Of a stretch of DNA of 64,000 nucleotides, positions 1 to 9,186 are shown in pieces. Each line of letters begins with the position of its first letter. Positions within the stretch are counted from its first letter, which is position 1. The stretch is from an uncultured delta proteobacterium (GTDB lineage: Bacteria > Desulfobacterota > RBG-13-43-22), in the NCBI GenBank assembly GCA_963843145.1, contig CAWJJC010000020.1:101398-165397 (forward strand), read 5' to 3'. The position numbers and the translations under genes were made by a program. The notes under the pieces were generated by a model. That model was given only the letters and a program-made list of their open reading frames with translations. It searched no databases and was not told the DNA's origin.

Positions 1-15
1 CTGATCCCTCATCGT

Positions 16-92
16 GGGCGATTAGCTCAGTTGGATAGAGCGTTGGTCTCCGGAACCAAAGGCCGTGGGTTCAAGTCCCGCATCGCCCACCA
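16..92 (+). tRNA. tRNA-Arg (anticodon CCG)
   Basis: Cloverleaf folded by hand: acceptor GGGCGAT/ATCGCCC, D arm GCTC..GAGC, anticodon stem TTGGT/ACCAA with loop CTCCGGA (anticodon CCG), T arm GTGGG-TTCAAGT-CCCGC, discriminator A and encoded CCA. Confidence 0.9.
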
Positions 93-259
93 TTTTTAAA
101 TCCGTCCCCTTAATATTTTGACGCTTTGCCCTTGGGGGTGGGTACCCTCCACATCTGGTATGGTCGCCGAGATCCGGCGGCAAGGCAGATCCGATTTCAG
201 GCTAAACTGCTATATGTTGTGGCCACCCACCCCAATGGGCGAACGACCAATATTTTTGG

Positions 260-1378
260 TTAGGCCTTGGCTTCAACCGGGATTAATTCGTACTCGCGCG
301 TCCCCAGTCCGATTTCCTCGGCATAAGCCAACTGCACTTCCCAGTCGATCTGGGGGTAAATCCCGCGGAATTTATCTTCTCCCGGGTTGAAATTTTTGGT
401 CAGTGCGGAATCTCGGTTCCCGGGCTCCTGGTTGACTAGATCGACCGAGGCCTGGTCGAGGGCCACGGGGTCGGTGGAAGCCAGGATACCGATGTCCCGG
501 ACGATGGGCCGGTCGGCGTGTCCGTAGCAGTCGCAGGCCGGGGAGATATCGGTCAAAAAGTTCAGGAACAGGGACCGGCCCTCCTTGCCCTTTAAGACCC
601 CGGCCATGTGCTCCACCATCTTCTCCTGAAAAATGGGGATGGATTCGTTCCATTGAATTTGAATGGCCCCCTGGGGGCAGGTCAGGATACATTCGCCGCA
701 GCCCACGCAGGTTTCCGGGTTGATCACCGATTTTTCGTCTTCCAGGGCGATGGCGCTCTGGGCGCAGTGACTGACGCACTCCCCGCAGCCGATGCATTTC
801 TTCCGGGTCACCTTGGGCGCGATATTGGAATGCTGGCTGAGTTTCCCTTCCCGTGAAGCGCAGCCCATGCCCACATTTTTGATGGTCCCGCCGAAACCGG
901 CCAGTTCATGCCCTTTAAAATGGGCCACGCTGATGAAGGCGTCGGCTGCGACGATGTCGGCGGCAATAGAAACGGACTTAAAATTCTTTTTATTAATGGT
1001 CACCTTGACGGCGGATTTTCCCTTGAGCCCATCGGCAATAATCAGGGGGGCCCCGACCGTGTCGTAGGAAAACCCGTTTCCCAGGGCCGTCAGCAGGTGA
1101 GAAACGCTTTCGGCCCGGGTACCCACATAAAGGGTATTGGCATCGGTGATAAAGGGCTTGCCGCCCCAGGCCTTGACTGTATCGGTTATGGGTCGCACAT
1201 AGATGGGGCGCACATAGGCCGTATTGCCCTTTTCCCCGAAATGGATTTTAATAGCCACCAGGTTGTTTTTGGCCAGTGGTCTGGAAAAGGGTACTTTTCC
1301 CAGCAGTTGGCTGATCCGCTGTAGCCGATTCTCCTTCAACGAAGTCTTCAGGTCGACGAAATAAACGGGTGATGCCAT
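260..1378 (-). CDS. DUF362-type protein with embedded 2x[4Fe-4S] ferredoxin domain
   Basis: 372-aa ORF. Two CxxCxxCxxxC(P) cluster motifs (CIGCGECVSHC, CVGCGECILTCP) sit inside a DUF362-like scaffold, recognised from family memory. Confidence 0.75.
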   Translation of the reverse strand: MASPVYFVDLKTSLKENRLQRISQLLGKVPFSRPLAKNNLVAIKIHFGEKGNTAYVRPIYVRPITDTVKAWGGKPFITDANTLYVGTRAESVSHLLTALGNGFSYDTVGAPLIIADGLKGKSAVKVTINKKNFKSVSIAADIVAADAFISVAHFKGHELAGFGGTIKNVGMGCASREGKLSQHSNIAPKVTRKKCIGCGECVSHCAQSAIALEDEKSVINPETCVGCGECILTCPQGAIQIQWNESIPIFQEKMVEHMAGVLKGKEGRSLFLNFLTDISPACDCYGHADRPIVRDIGILASTDPVALDQASVDLVNQEPGNRDSALTKNFNPGEDKFRGIYPQIDWEVQLAYAEEIGLGTREYELIPVEAKA

Positions 1379-1519
1379 AAATCCTCCTTCTGAGGCGCAG
1401 AGCGTTAAAATCAGAACGATACTTCAACCAGACGCCCATCCGGCATTTTATTATATCCCGGGCGTCGAAACCATCTTTTGCTTTTATTACGCTTTGCGCT
1501 CAGCGCTCTGCGCTCTGCG

Positions 1520-2659
1520 TCATATAATACCCATCCCCTTCAACACCGAAAGCATGACCGCCGCGGCCATGACCGAACCGACCTGGCCGCCGGCGTTGGC
1601 GCCCATGGCGTGCATCAGCAGGTAATTTCTCTTGTTGTATTTGAATCCTTCTTTTTGGACCACCCGGGCCGACATGGGGAAGGCGGAAATTCCGGCTGCC
1701 CCGATCAAGGGATTCACCTTGCCGCCGGTCAAAATCATCAAGGCCTTTCCAAAAAGGACCCCGCAGGCCGTGTCCAGGCAAATGGCCAACAGACCCAGGG
1801 CCAGGATAATTAAGGTTTGGGACTTGACGAATTCCGGCCCACTCATGGTGGCCCCGATGGAAATACCCAGGAGTAAAGTAACAATATTCGAGATTTCATT
1901 TTCCGAGGCCTTGGTCAACCGGCTGACCGCCCCGGATTCCTTCATCAGGTTCCCCAGCATGATGGTGGCCAAAAGGGGCAAGCCTTTGGGGGCAATAAAG
2001 CCCCCCACTATGGTAATGACGACTGGAAAGAGGATTCGGGTTGTTTTGGAAACGGTCTTTTTATGGGTTTTCATAACAATCTGCCGCTCTTTTTCGGTGG
2101 TCAGCATTCTCATAATCGGCGGCTGAAGCACAGGAACCAGGGACATATAAGAATAGGCCGCCACCGAAACCGCCCCCAGCAAATGAGGGGCATATTGGGA
2201 GGCGACATAAATAACCGTAGGCCCGTCACAGGCTCCGATGATCCCGATGGTCACCGCATCCAGCTTACTGAAACCCAGGGCCAAAGCCAGCAGCAGGGTC
2301 AAAAAAATCCCGCATTGACCGGCGGCCCCCAGGAGAAAAGTATAGGGATTCTCCAAAACGGGTCCGAAATCGGTCATGGCGCCAATACCCACGAAAATAA
2401 GCAAAGGAAATAATTCCGTGATAACGCCGGCATCATAAATAATCCGCAGGAATCCGTCCTTAGCCATCAGATCCGCCAGGGGAATGTTGACGATGATGGC
2501 CCCAAATCCGATGGGCAGCAAAAGTAAGGGTTCAAAATCCTTTTTTATTCCCAAATAAAGGAGAAGACAACCCACGGCGATCATGACCAGGTTAGACCAC
2601 TGGAGATGAACAAACCCGGCTATGAGCCCGGACAATCCACTCAAAATGGCTTCGAGCAT
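1520..2659 (-). CDS. Na+-translocating decarboxylase beta-subunit family membrane protein (OadB/GcdB/MmdB-like)
   Basis: 379-aa polytopic ORF. N-terminus and overall pattern (FEPLLLLPIGFG, GACDGPT, YSYMSLVPVLQPPIMRMLTTEKER) are typical of the OAD_beta family. Confidence 0.85.
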   Translation of the reverse strand: MLEAILSGLSGLIAGFVHLQWSNLVMIAVGCLLLYLGIKKDFEPLLLLPIGFGAIIVNIPLADLMAKDGFLRIIYDAGVITELFPLLIFVGIGAMTDFGPVLENPYTFLLGAAGQCGIFLTLLLALALGFSKLDAVTIGIIGACDGPTVIYVASQYAPHLLGAVSVAAYSYMSLVPVLQPPIMRMLTTEKERQIVMKTHKKTVSKTTRILFPVVITIVGGFIAPKGLPLLATIMLGNLMKESGAVSRLTKASENEISNIVTLLLGISIGATMSGPEFVKSQTLIILALGLLAICLDTACGVLFGKALMILTGGKVNPLIGAAGISAFPMSARVVQKEGFKYNKRNYLLMHAMGANAGGQVGSVMAAAVMLSVLKGMGII

Positions 2660-2793
2660 TATTCTGCTTCCCCCTCTTTAACAGGAAAAATTCTCTTTAA
2701 AACCCCCATCAGCGTGCTCATAATCATTAGGGTAAGCAACGTGCCTCCCATACCGACGATGAGCATGCTCAGCCCAAAGGTCCAGTTATCCAT
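2659..2793 (-). CDS. small single-TM protein, OadG (decarboxylase gamma)-like
   Basis: Hand-translated 44-aa ORF MDNWTFGLSMLIVGMGGTLLTLMIMSTLMGVLKRIFPVKEGEAE. Its TAA overlaps the ATG of the downstream OadB-like gene (ATAATG). It is too short for the ORF track. Confidence 0.5.
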   Translation of the reverse strand: MDNWTFGLSMLIVGMGGTLLTLMIMSTLMGVLKRIFPVKEGEAE

Positions 2794-2871
2794 AAAGCCT
2801 CCATTTATCCCGGGCGGTTAAAGCCCGTTGATTTTTACCAACCCGTTGAGGATAGCGATTTCCCTATCCCT

Positions 2872-3057
2872 TTAGACAGGGTGGGCCGCTACCTCGTCGA
2901 GGTCTTCCGCCAGGTTCCGCCATTTCTCCCCGGAGGACTTCAGGTCCAGGAGGATCCGCTCCTTATCGACAAAGGCGTACTGCCTTTCCCGGGCTACGGC
3001 CCGGCCGATTTCCCGGCCGCCGCTGCGGTACTCCCTGGAAATGGATAAGATAGCCAT
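2872..3057 (-). pseudogene. 5' fragment of a cytidylate kinase-like family gene
   Basis: The 61-aa ORF starts MAILSISREYRSGGREIG, the typical N-terminus of the roughly 200-aa cytidylate-kinase-like family. It stops after about 60 residues and no continuation is seen downstream. Confidence 0.45.
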
Positions 3058-3063
3058 GCCGGA

Positions 3064-3819
3064 TTACTCCTTTTTTTCGATAGCCCGCGATGGCCGGGCC
3101 GGAGAGGCCTGATAGTCCCTTTCTTCCCTGGATATTTTAAATCGGAGCCAGAGTTTGCCGGCCGCCAGCACCCCGACCAGAAAAAAAACCTCGACCCCGT
3201 ACTGCACCCACGGGGGGGGATGGAGCAGTCCGACCACGTAAGGGTCGGTGATCATCATCTCTCCGCCGACCCGCCCCAAGACGGCCGCGCCGATATAAAG
3301 GATGACCGGGTATTTATCCATCAACATGGCCAGCAGGCTGCTGGTGAAGACGACGAAGGGGATGCTCAGGGCCAGGCCGAAGATCAGCAGAAAGAGGTTG
3401 CCCTGGGAGGCGCCGGCGACCGCCAGGACATTGTCGGTGGACATGGTGATATCGGCGATGATGATGACCCAGACGGCCTGCCAGAGGGTTTTGGCTTCCC
3501 TTTTTACCTCTTCGTCCGGGGCTCCCTCCACGAAAAGCTTGACGGCAATCCAGATGATGACCGCCCCGCCGAAAAATTTAATAAAATTGATCTGCAGCAA
3601 CTGGGCGGCAAAAAAAGTCAGCGTTACCCGAAGGATGACCGCCGCGCCGGCCCCGAAAGCGATTCCCCGGGTCCTTTGCTTGCGCGGCAGAGAGCGCACC
3701 GCCATGGCGATGACCACGGCATTGTCTCCGGCCAGGATCAGGTCGATAAGCACGATGCTCAAAAGACCGGCGACGAACTCCCAGTTAAAGTGTATCTGGC
3801 CTAAGACCCCCAGGTCCAT
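3064..3819 (-). CDS. TerC/YjbE family integral membrane protein
   Basis: 251-aa polytopic ORF with duplicated GDNAVVIA / STDNVLAVAG motifs characteristic of the TerC family. Confidence 0.85.
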   Translation of the reverse strand: MDLGVLGQIHFNWEFVAGLLSIVLIDLILAGDNAVVIAMAVRSLPRKQRTRGIAFGAGAAVILRVTLTFFAAQLLQINFIKFFGGAVIIWIAVKLFVEGAPDEEVKREAKTLWQAVWVIIIADITMSTDNVLAVAGASQGNLFLLIFGLALSIPFVVFTSSLLAMLMDKYPVILYIGAAVLGRVGGEMMITDPYVVGLLHPPPWVQYGVEVFFLVGVLAAGKLWLRFKISREERDYQASPARPSRAIEKKE

Positions 3820-3843
3820 GAATTACCGGGGACCTTCTTTAAA

Positions 3844-4002
3844 CTACTTGGCGCCTTTGGCCGGCGGCTGATCCGAGACGAACCGACTGATGATAAAACT
3901 CGACAGCCGGATGCCGATCTGCATAACGGCCAGCACAATAAAAACCCCCACAAAGCGGATAAACAGGGAACTAAGCGCAAAACTCCAATTGACCGGTTCC
4001 AT
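3844..4002 (-). CDS. small single-TM protein, OadG-like
   Basis: Hand-translated 52-aa ORF MEPVNWSFALSSLFIRFVGVFIVLAVMQIGIRLSSFIISRFVSDQPPAKGAK. An AAGGAGG RBS lies 9 nt after the stop of the upstream OadB paralog. Confidence 0.45.
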   Translation of the reverse strand: MEPVNWSFALSSLFIRFVGVFIVLAVMQIGIRLSSFIISRFVSDQPPAKGAK

Positions 4003-4011
4003 GGCGCCTCC

Positions 4012-5163
4012 TTATTTGAACATGGCAATGAACATGCCCGCGGCCGCCGCGGTCCCGATGACGCCGGCCAGATTGGGTCCCATGGCATGCATAAGCAGGT
4101 AATTTCTCTTGTTGTATTTCAACCCTTCCACCTGGGAAACCCGGGCCGCCATGGGCACGGCCGAAACCCCGGCCGAGCCGATCAGGGGGTTCATTTTGTT
4201 TTCCGACTTCAGAAACCAGTTGATGATCTGGACCGTCCAGATGCCGCCGGCGGTGCAAAAGGCAAAATCCACTATGCCCAGGCTAAGTATCATCAGGGGT
4301 TTGGGATTCAAAAATTTATCGGCCTGCATGGTGGCCCCCACGGAAAGCCCCAGGAAGATGGTGACGATATTCATCAGCGCCCCCTGAGCGGTCTCGGTCA
4401 ACCGGCCCACCACCCCGCATTCCTTCATCAGGTTGCCGAACATGAACATGCCCATGAGGGGGATGACGGCCGGTATCAGCAGGGCGATGATCGTGGCGGC
4501 GATCAAAGGAAAAAGGATTTTTTCGGTCCGGGAAACTTTGCGCAGGTTTTGCATGACGATCTTCCGCTCTTTTTCGGTAGTCAACAAGCGCATGATGGGG
4601 GGTTGAATCAGAGGAACCAGGGCCATATAAGAATAAGCCGCCAGGGCGTTGGCCCCCAGGAGGTGCGGCGCCAGGGCCTGGGTCAGATAAATGGTGGTCG
4701 GTCCGTCGGCCCCCCCGATGATCCCTATGGACCCGGCTTCCTTGAGGGTGAAGCCCAAAAGCAGGCTTCCGATAAAGGTGAAGAAAACGCCCAACTGGGC
4801 CCCGGCCCCGACCAGCAAGGTTTTGGGGTTGGCAATCAGGGGTTCAAAATCGGTCATGGCCCCCAGGCCCAGGAAGATGACGCAGGGGATCACCTCCCAG
4901 GCAATCCCATAGTGGTAAAAAACCTGGAGCAGCTCCGGGACGCCGTCCTCGGAAAAGCCCATCAAAGGGGTTAGAGGAAAATTGACAATAAAAATGCCGA
5001 AGCCGATGGGAACCAGGAGCAGCGGCTCGAATTTTTTGGCGATGGCCAGGTAGAGAAAGAAAAATCCGATCAGCCACATGACCGGATGACCCCAGGTCAG
5101 GTTCATAAATCCGGTCGTGTGTAGGATCCCGAAAAAAACTTTTAAAAACTCATCATAGCTCAT
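4012..5163 (-). CDS. Na+-translocating decarboxylase beta-subunit family membrane protein (second paralog)
   Basis: 383-aa ORF that aligns by eye along its length with the 1520..2659 product ([43 protein letters not shown]). Confidence 0.85.
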   Translation of the reverse strand: MSYDEFLKVFFGILHTTGFMNLTWGHPVMWLIGFFFLYLAIAKKFEPLLLVPIGFGIFIVNFPLTPLMGFSEDGVPELLQVFYHYGIAWEVIPCVIFLGLGAMTDFEPLIANPKTLLVGAGAQLGVFFTFIGSLLLGFTLKEAGSIGIIGGADGPTTIYLTQALAPHLLGANALAAYSYMALVPLIQPPIMRLLTTEKERKIVMQNLRKVSRTEKILFPLIAATIIALLIPAVIPLMGMFMFGNLMKECGVVGRLTETAQGALMNIVTIFLGLSVGATMQADKFLNPKPLMILSLGIVDFAFCTAGGIWTVQIINWFLKSENKMNPLIGSAGVSAVPMAARVSQVEGLKYNKRNYLLMHAMGPNLAGVIGTAAAAGMFIAMFK

Positions 5164-5167
5164 ACCT

Positions 5168-5599
5168 TTATTCTCCTTGTTCTCCTTTGGCCACCAGGCG
5201 AAGGCGGTCGGAAATAACGGAAGAAATCCGTTGCATCACCTTGAAACCGATGGAAGCCTCGGCGGTTACGATCTCTAGAAATTCCAGGGAGGGGACCACC
5301 AGAAACCGGCAGTCCTCCAGGCACCTCATGGAACCCAGGTAACGATAGGGGCTTACCAAGGCGGACCAGCCGGCCAGGGAACCCGGCTTATCCATCACGA
5401 TTTCCCGGCCGTTGGGGAAGGTGAGGCTCACGGACCCTTTTTCCAGCAGATAAAACCGTTCCGCCGGTTCCCGGCTTAAGATAACCGTATCTCCTTTTTT
5501 AAAATCTTCCAGGGTACAGACGACGGCGATCTTATCAAGCTCTTCATAGGTCAGGTCCTGAAATATCTCGGTATCTTTGAGACGATCGGAATTAACCAT
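5168..5599 (-). CDS. stand-alone cyclic-nucleotide-binding (cNMP/Crp-type) domain protein
   Basis: 143-aa ORF with the pattern [16 protein letters not shown]....[13 protein letters not shown], typical of a cNMP-binding beta-barrel. No HTH domain. It ends 4 nt before the OadB paralog start. Confidence 0.8.
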   Translation of the reverse strand: MVNSDRLKDTEIFQDLTYEELDKIAVVCTLEDFKKGDTVILSREPAERFYLLEKGSVSLTFPNGREIVMDKPGSLAGWSALVSPYRYLGSMRCLEDCRFLVVPSLEFLEIVTAEASIGFKVMQRISSVISDRLRLVAKGEQGE

Positions 5600-5679
5600 T
5601 CTTCCTCCTTCTAGATTTTTAAATTAAATAGGTTAAAGAAACCCTGTCTAACTATTACTTAAACCTGAAAGGTATTACA

Positions 5680-5711
5680 ATAGCTATTTCCCTGTCAAGT
5701 GAAATAGCTAT
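5680..5711. promoter_or_regulatory. perfect 11-bp inverted repeat ATAGCTATTTC-N10-GAAATAGCTAT in a divergent AT-rich intergenic region
   Basis: Read directly from the sequence. It lies between the cNMP-domain gene (minus strand) and kup (plus strand). Candidate operator. Confidence 0.35.
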
Positions 5712-5821
5712 AAATTAGTTATATTATAGTTGTATCTCCTCCCGGGGGAAAACAGGACGACCCCAACAAAATAACTTGCCCTAAATGCAAAAAAAAAGGT
5801 AACTTAGGCCAACTTAATTCT

Positions 5822-7729
5822 ATGATTTCCGATAAACCAACCCCTAATTCCGAAACAGAAGACTCCCCCAAACCAGGATTACTGGTCCTGTCCCTGGGCG
5901 CCTTGGGCGTGGTCTACGGCGATATCGGCACCAGCCCCTTGTACGCCATCCGGGAATGTTTTCATGGGCAACATGCCATTGCCTTGAATTCGGGGAATAT
6001 CCTGGGTGTCCTCTCCCTGGTCTTCTGGTCTCTGACGATGGTAGTCACTGTAAAATATGTGGGCTTTATTCTGAAAGCTGATAACCGGGGGGAGGGAGGG
6101 GTCTTCGCCCTGCTGGCGCTGCTGCTGCAGGCCAGGGATAAGATGTCGGCCCGGAGCTACGGCCTGGCCGTGCTGGCCGCCGTCTTCGGGGCAGCCCTGC
6201 TCTATGGAGACGGCCTGATCACCCCGGCCATTTCGGTGCTTTCGGCCATCGAGGGGCTGGAGGTGGCCACCAAGGCCTCCAAACCCTTTATCATTCCCCT
6301 GACCTGCATCGTCCTCTTTCTGCTCTTTCTGGTCCAACGCCGCGGGACGGGGGACATCGGCCGTTTCTTCGGTTTAATCATGATCGTCTGGTTCTTGACC
6401 CTGGGAACCCTGGGGCTTGTTGAAATCGTCCAGAGCCCGGGGGTGGTGTCCTCCTTAAACCCCTGGCTAGCCGTGGAATTCTTTCAGGCCAATCATCTGC
6501 ACGGCATGGTGGTCTTGGGTTCAGTCGTGCTTTGCATTACCGGCGGGGAGGCCCTCTATGCCGATATGGGCCATTTCAGCCCCCGGGCCATCAAGATTTC
6601 CTGGCTGGGCCTGGCCTACCCGGCCCTGCTGCTCAATTATTTCGGTCAGGGCGCCCTGCTGCTTTCCCACCCGGAGGAATCCTTTCACCCCTTCTATGGC
6701 CTGGTCCCCAAGATGCTCCTCTACCCGGCCGTGATGCTTTCGACTGTCGCCACAATCATTGCCTCGCAGGCGATGATCTCGGGGGTCTTCTCCCTCTCTC
6801 AGCAGGCCGTCCAGCTCGGGTATCTGCCCCGGCTACGGGTCCTGCACACTTCGGCCGGGCATCGGGGCCAGATATACCTTCCCGGGGTCAACTGGGTCAT
6901 GATGGTCGGCTGCATCGGGCTGGTGCTGGCCTTCCAGGAGTCCACCAACCTGGCCGGTGCTTACGGCATTGCCGTGACCGCCACGATGGGCATTACCTCG
7001 ATCATTTACTACTTGGTCGTCACCCGGCTCTGGAATTGGCCGGTCTGGAAGGCCGGCCTGCTGGTCGGTTTGTTTCTATTCTTTGACGTCAGCTACCTGA
7101 GCGCCAACCTGCTGAAGCTTCTTGACGGCGGCTGGTTCACCATCGGGGTCGCCGTCCTGATCACCCTCAGCATGACCACCTGGCGGGAGGGCCGTAAGTC
7201 CTTAGCTGAAATGTTGACTCCCCGCCTGACCATGGATCTTTTTTTGAAGGACATCGAGCAAAAAAATCCCTACCGGATTCCCGGGACGGCCGTTTTCATG
7301 TCCGTGAATCCCAAAGGGGTTCCGGTGGCCCTGCTGCATCATTACAAGCACCATAAGGTGCTGTTTGAGCAGGTGATCCTGTTGTCCATCGTGACCCAGG
7401 ACCAACCTCGCATCGATCCTAAGGAACGCCTGATGTTGGAAGAATTCGGCCAGGGGTTTTATCGAATCACCGCCCATTACGGGTTCATGGAAACCCCCCG
7501 GGTCCCGGAGATCATGGCCCTGGCCGGCAGACTGGGGGTTAAAACCCAAATGGCCGAGACCACTTTTTTCTTGGGGCGGGAATCCCTGTTTACTTCCGGA
7601 AAATCCAGAATGGCCCATTGGCGCAAGGTCCTGTTTTCCATGATGTCCCGCAACGCCATGAATCCCACCAATTATTTTGAGATACCCCCGGGTCGAGTCA
7701 TCGAGATCGGGGCACAAATTCAGCTCTAA
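5822..7729 (+). CDS. kup: KUP/HAK/KT family potassium transporter
   Basis: 635-aa ORF with the hallmark N-terminal motif GALGVVYGDIGTSPLY and the family's polytopic-plus-cytoplasmic-tail architecture. Confidence 0.95.
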   Translation: MISDKPTPNSETEDSPKPGLLVLSLGALGVVYGDIGTSPLYAIRECFHGQHAIALNSGNILGVLSLVFWSLTMVVTVKYVGFILKADNRGEGGVFALLALLLQARDKMSARSYGLAVLAAVFGAALLYGDGLITPAISVLSAIEGLEVATKASKPFIIPLTCIVLFLLFLVQRRGTGDIGRFFGLIMIVWFLTLGTLGLVEIVQSPGVVSSLNPWLAVEFFQANHLHGMVVLGSVVLCITGGEALYADMGHFSPRAIKISWLGLAYPALLLNYFGQGALLLSHPEESFHPFYGLVPKMLLYPAVMLSTVATIIASQAMISGVFSLSQQAVQLGYLPRLRVLHTSAGHRGQIYLPGVNWVMMVGCIGLVLAFQESTNLAGAYGIAVTATMGITSIIYYLVVTRLWNWPVWKAGLLVGLFLFFDVSYLSANLLKLLDGGWFTIGVAVLITLSMTTWREGRKSLAEMLTPRLTMDLFLKDIEQKNPYRIPGTAVFMSVNPKGVPVALLHHYKHHKVLFEQVILLSIVTQDQPRIDPKERLMLEEFGQGFYRITAHYGFMETPRVPEIMALAGRLGVKTQMAETTFFLGRESLFTSGKSRMAHWRKVLFSMMSRNAMNPTNYFEIPPGRVIEIGAQIQL

Positions 7730-7773
7730 GGAAAAAGACCAAACCGACCGAATAGAAAAGCCGGGTACTATGA

Positions 7774-9177
7774 TTGATCGAGGGACGGGTGACGTTGTTC
7801 AGTTCTAATGCTCTCCGTAAAAAAATTCGCAAGCTGGAAGGTGGGACCATCTTTATTTTCAGCTACCTGCTGGCGATCGGCCTGGGCGGATTCCTGCTCT
7901 GGCTCCCCTTTTCCAGTCCCGGAAGAGAGATTTCCTTTCTGGACGCCTTGTTCACTTCGACGTCGGCCCTCTGCGTCACCGGGCTGACCGTGGTGGACAC
8001 CGGGACCACCTACAGCCTAATGGGTCAGATCATCATCCTGATGTTGATCCAGGCCGGAGGATTGGGGATCACGACCTTCTCCGTCTGGCTGTTCCTCAGC
8101 CTGGGACGGGAGATCGGCTTTAAGAGCCGCCTGTTCATGCAGTCCTCTTTCAGCCCCCGTCCGACCGATGAACTGCGGGAATTGCTGCGGCTGATTTTTT
8201 TATTTACCTTCCTGGTCGAGGCAGGAGGCGCCCTGATTTTGCTGGTTTATTGGGGGCATTATTTCCCCTTTCAGCGGGCCCTCTATTTATCGGTGTTCCA
8301 CAGCGTTTCGGCTTTCTGCAACGCCGGGTTTTCCTTGTTCCCCGATAACCTGATAAAATTTCAAGGAAGCTTTACCGTCAGCCTGACCGTCGCCGGGCTG
8401 ATCATCCTGGGAGGGATCGGTTTTCCGGTGGCCTACGAGATCCTGGGAATCATGAAAAAGAAGAGGCAGGGAGTTCGGTTCAAACTCTCCCTGCACTCCC
8501 GGCTGGTTTTGCTGACCAGCCTGCTGCTGATCATCGGCGGAACGCTGGTCCTGTATGTTACCGAATACGATGATTCCCTGGCTTTTATTCCGATACACCG
8601 GGGGCTGCTGGTCGCTTTTTTTCAGTCCGTAACCGCCCGCACGGCCGGGTTCAATACCATTGATCTGGCGACTTTGACCAATCCCTCACTGCTGGTCCTC
8701 ATCATTCTAATGTTTATCGGTGCTTCGCCCGGGTCCTGTGGCGGAGGCATACGAACCACCACCTTCGCCCTTTTAGGAGGACTCTTGTGGAATCGGTTAA
8801 AGGGAAGAAGCCGAGTCCACCTTTTTCACCGGACCGTTCCGGAGGAAGTGGTGTCTCGGGCGGTGGCTTTGTTCGCCGTGGCCTGCGGGCTGGTTTTAAC
8901 CTTGACCACGCTGATCCTGATGGTGGAAAGCGGAAACTTTCCTTATCCGGTGGCCAAAGGGGAATTGATGGAGGTACTGTTTGAGGTGGTATCCGCCTTC
9001 GGGACGGTGGGCTTATCTCTTGGCCTGACCCCTCATCTCGAGTCGGCTAGCAAGGCGCTAATCATCATCACCATGTACCTGGGGAGGGTGGGCATACTCA
9101 GTTTAGGTTACTCCATTGCCAAAAGGGAGGAGCGCCATCCCGTTCTATACAGCGAGGAAGGCGTGATGACCGGGTAG
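7774..9177 (+). CDS. trkH: TrkH/KtrB family K+ transporter membrane subunit
   Basis: 467-aa polytopic ORF with repeated pore-loop-like segments (TSALCVTGLT, FCNAGFS, RTAGFNT, FGTVGLSLG). TTG start as listed; an in-frame GTG at 7789 is an alternative. Confidence 0.9.
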   Translation: MIEGRVTLFSSNALRKKIRKLEGGTIFIFSYLLAIGLGGFLLWLPFSSPGREISFLDALFTSTSALCVTGLTVVDTGTTYSLMGQIIILMLIQAGGLGITTFSVWLFLSLGREIGFKSRLFMQSSFSPRPTDELRELLRLIFLFTFLVEAGGALILLVYWGHYFPFQRALYLSVFHSVSAFCNAGFSLFPDNLIKFQGSFTVSLTVAGLIILGGIGFPVAYEILGIMKKKRQGVRFKLSLHSRLVLLTSLLLIIGGTLVLYVTEYDDSLAFIPIHRGLLVAFFQSVTARTAGFNTIDLATLTNPSLLVLIILMFIGASPGSCGGGIRTTTFALLGGLLWNRLKGRSRVHLFHRTVPEEVVSRAVALFAVACGLVLTLTTLILMVESGNFPYPVAKGELMEVLFEVVSAFGTVGLSLGLTPHLESASKALIIITMYLGRVGILSLGYSIAKREERHPVLYSEEGVMTG

Positions 9178-9186
9178 GGGGAATAC

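Noticed and set aside
1-1500. Whether tRNA-Arg is an integration hotspot, with an integrase or att duplication next to it.
   Set aside because: No integrase-like ORF and no repeat of the tRNA 3' end is visible downstream. The adjacent genes look like ordinary chromosomal genes.
1391-1518. The complementary GCGCAGAGCG (about 1395) and CGCTCTGCGC (about 1503) motifs flanking the DUF362/OadB intergenic region.
   Set aside because: The 10-bp arms are short and ~100 nt apart in GC-rich sequence. They could be chance, and there is no supporting context.
5600-5821. Whether a c-di-AMP (ydaO/kimA-type) riboswitch lies upstream of the kup/trk cluster.
   Set aside because: I could not find the conserved pseudo-twofold ACGGGGA/CCCGA-type core elements in the leader. 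Only the 11-bp inverted repeat is notable.
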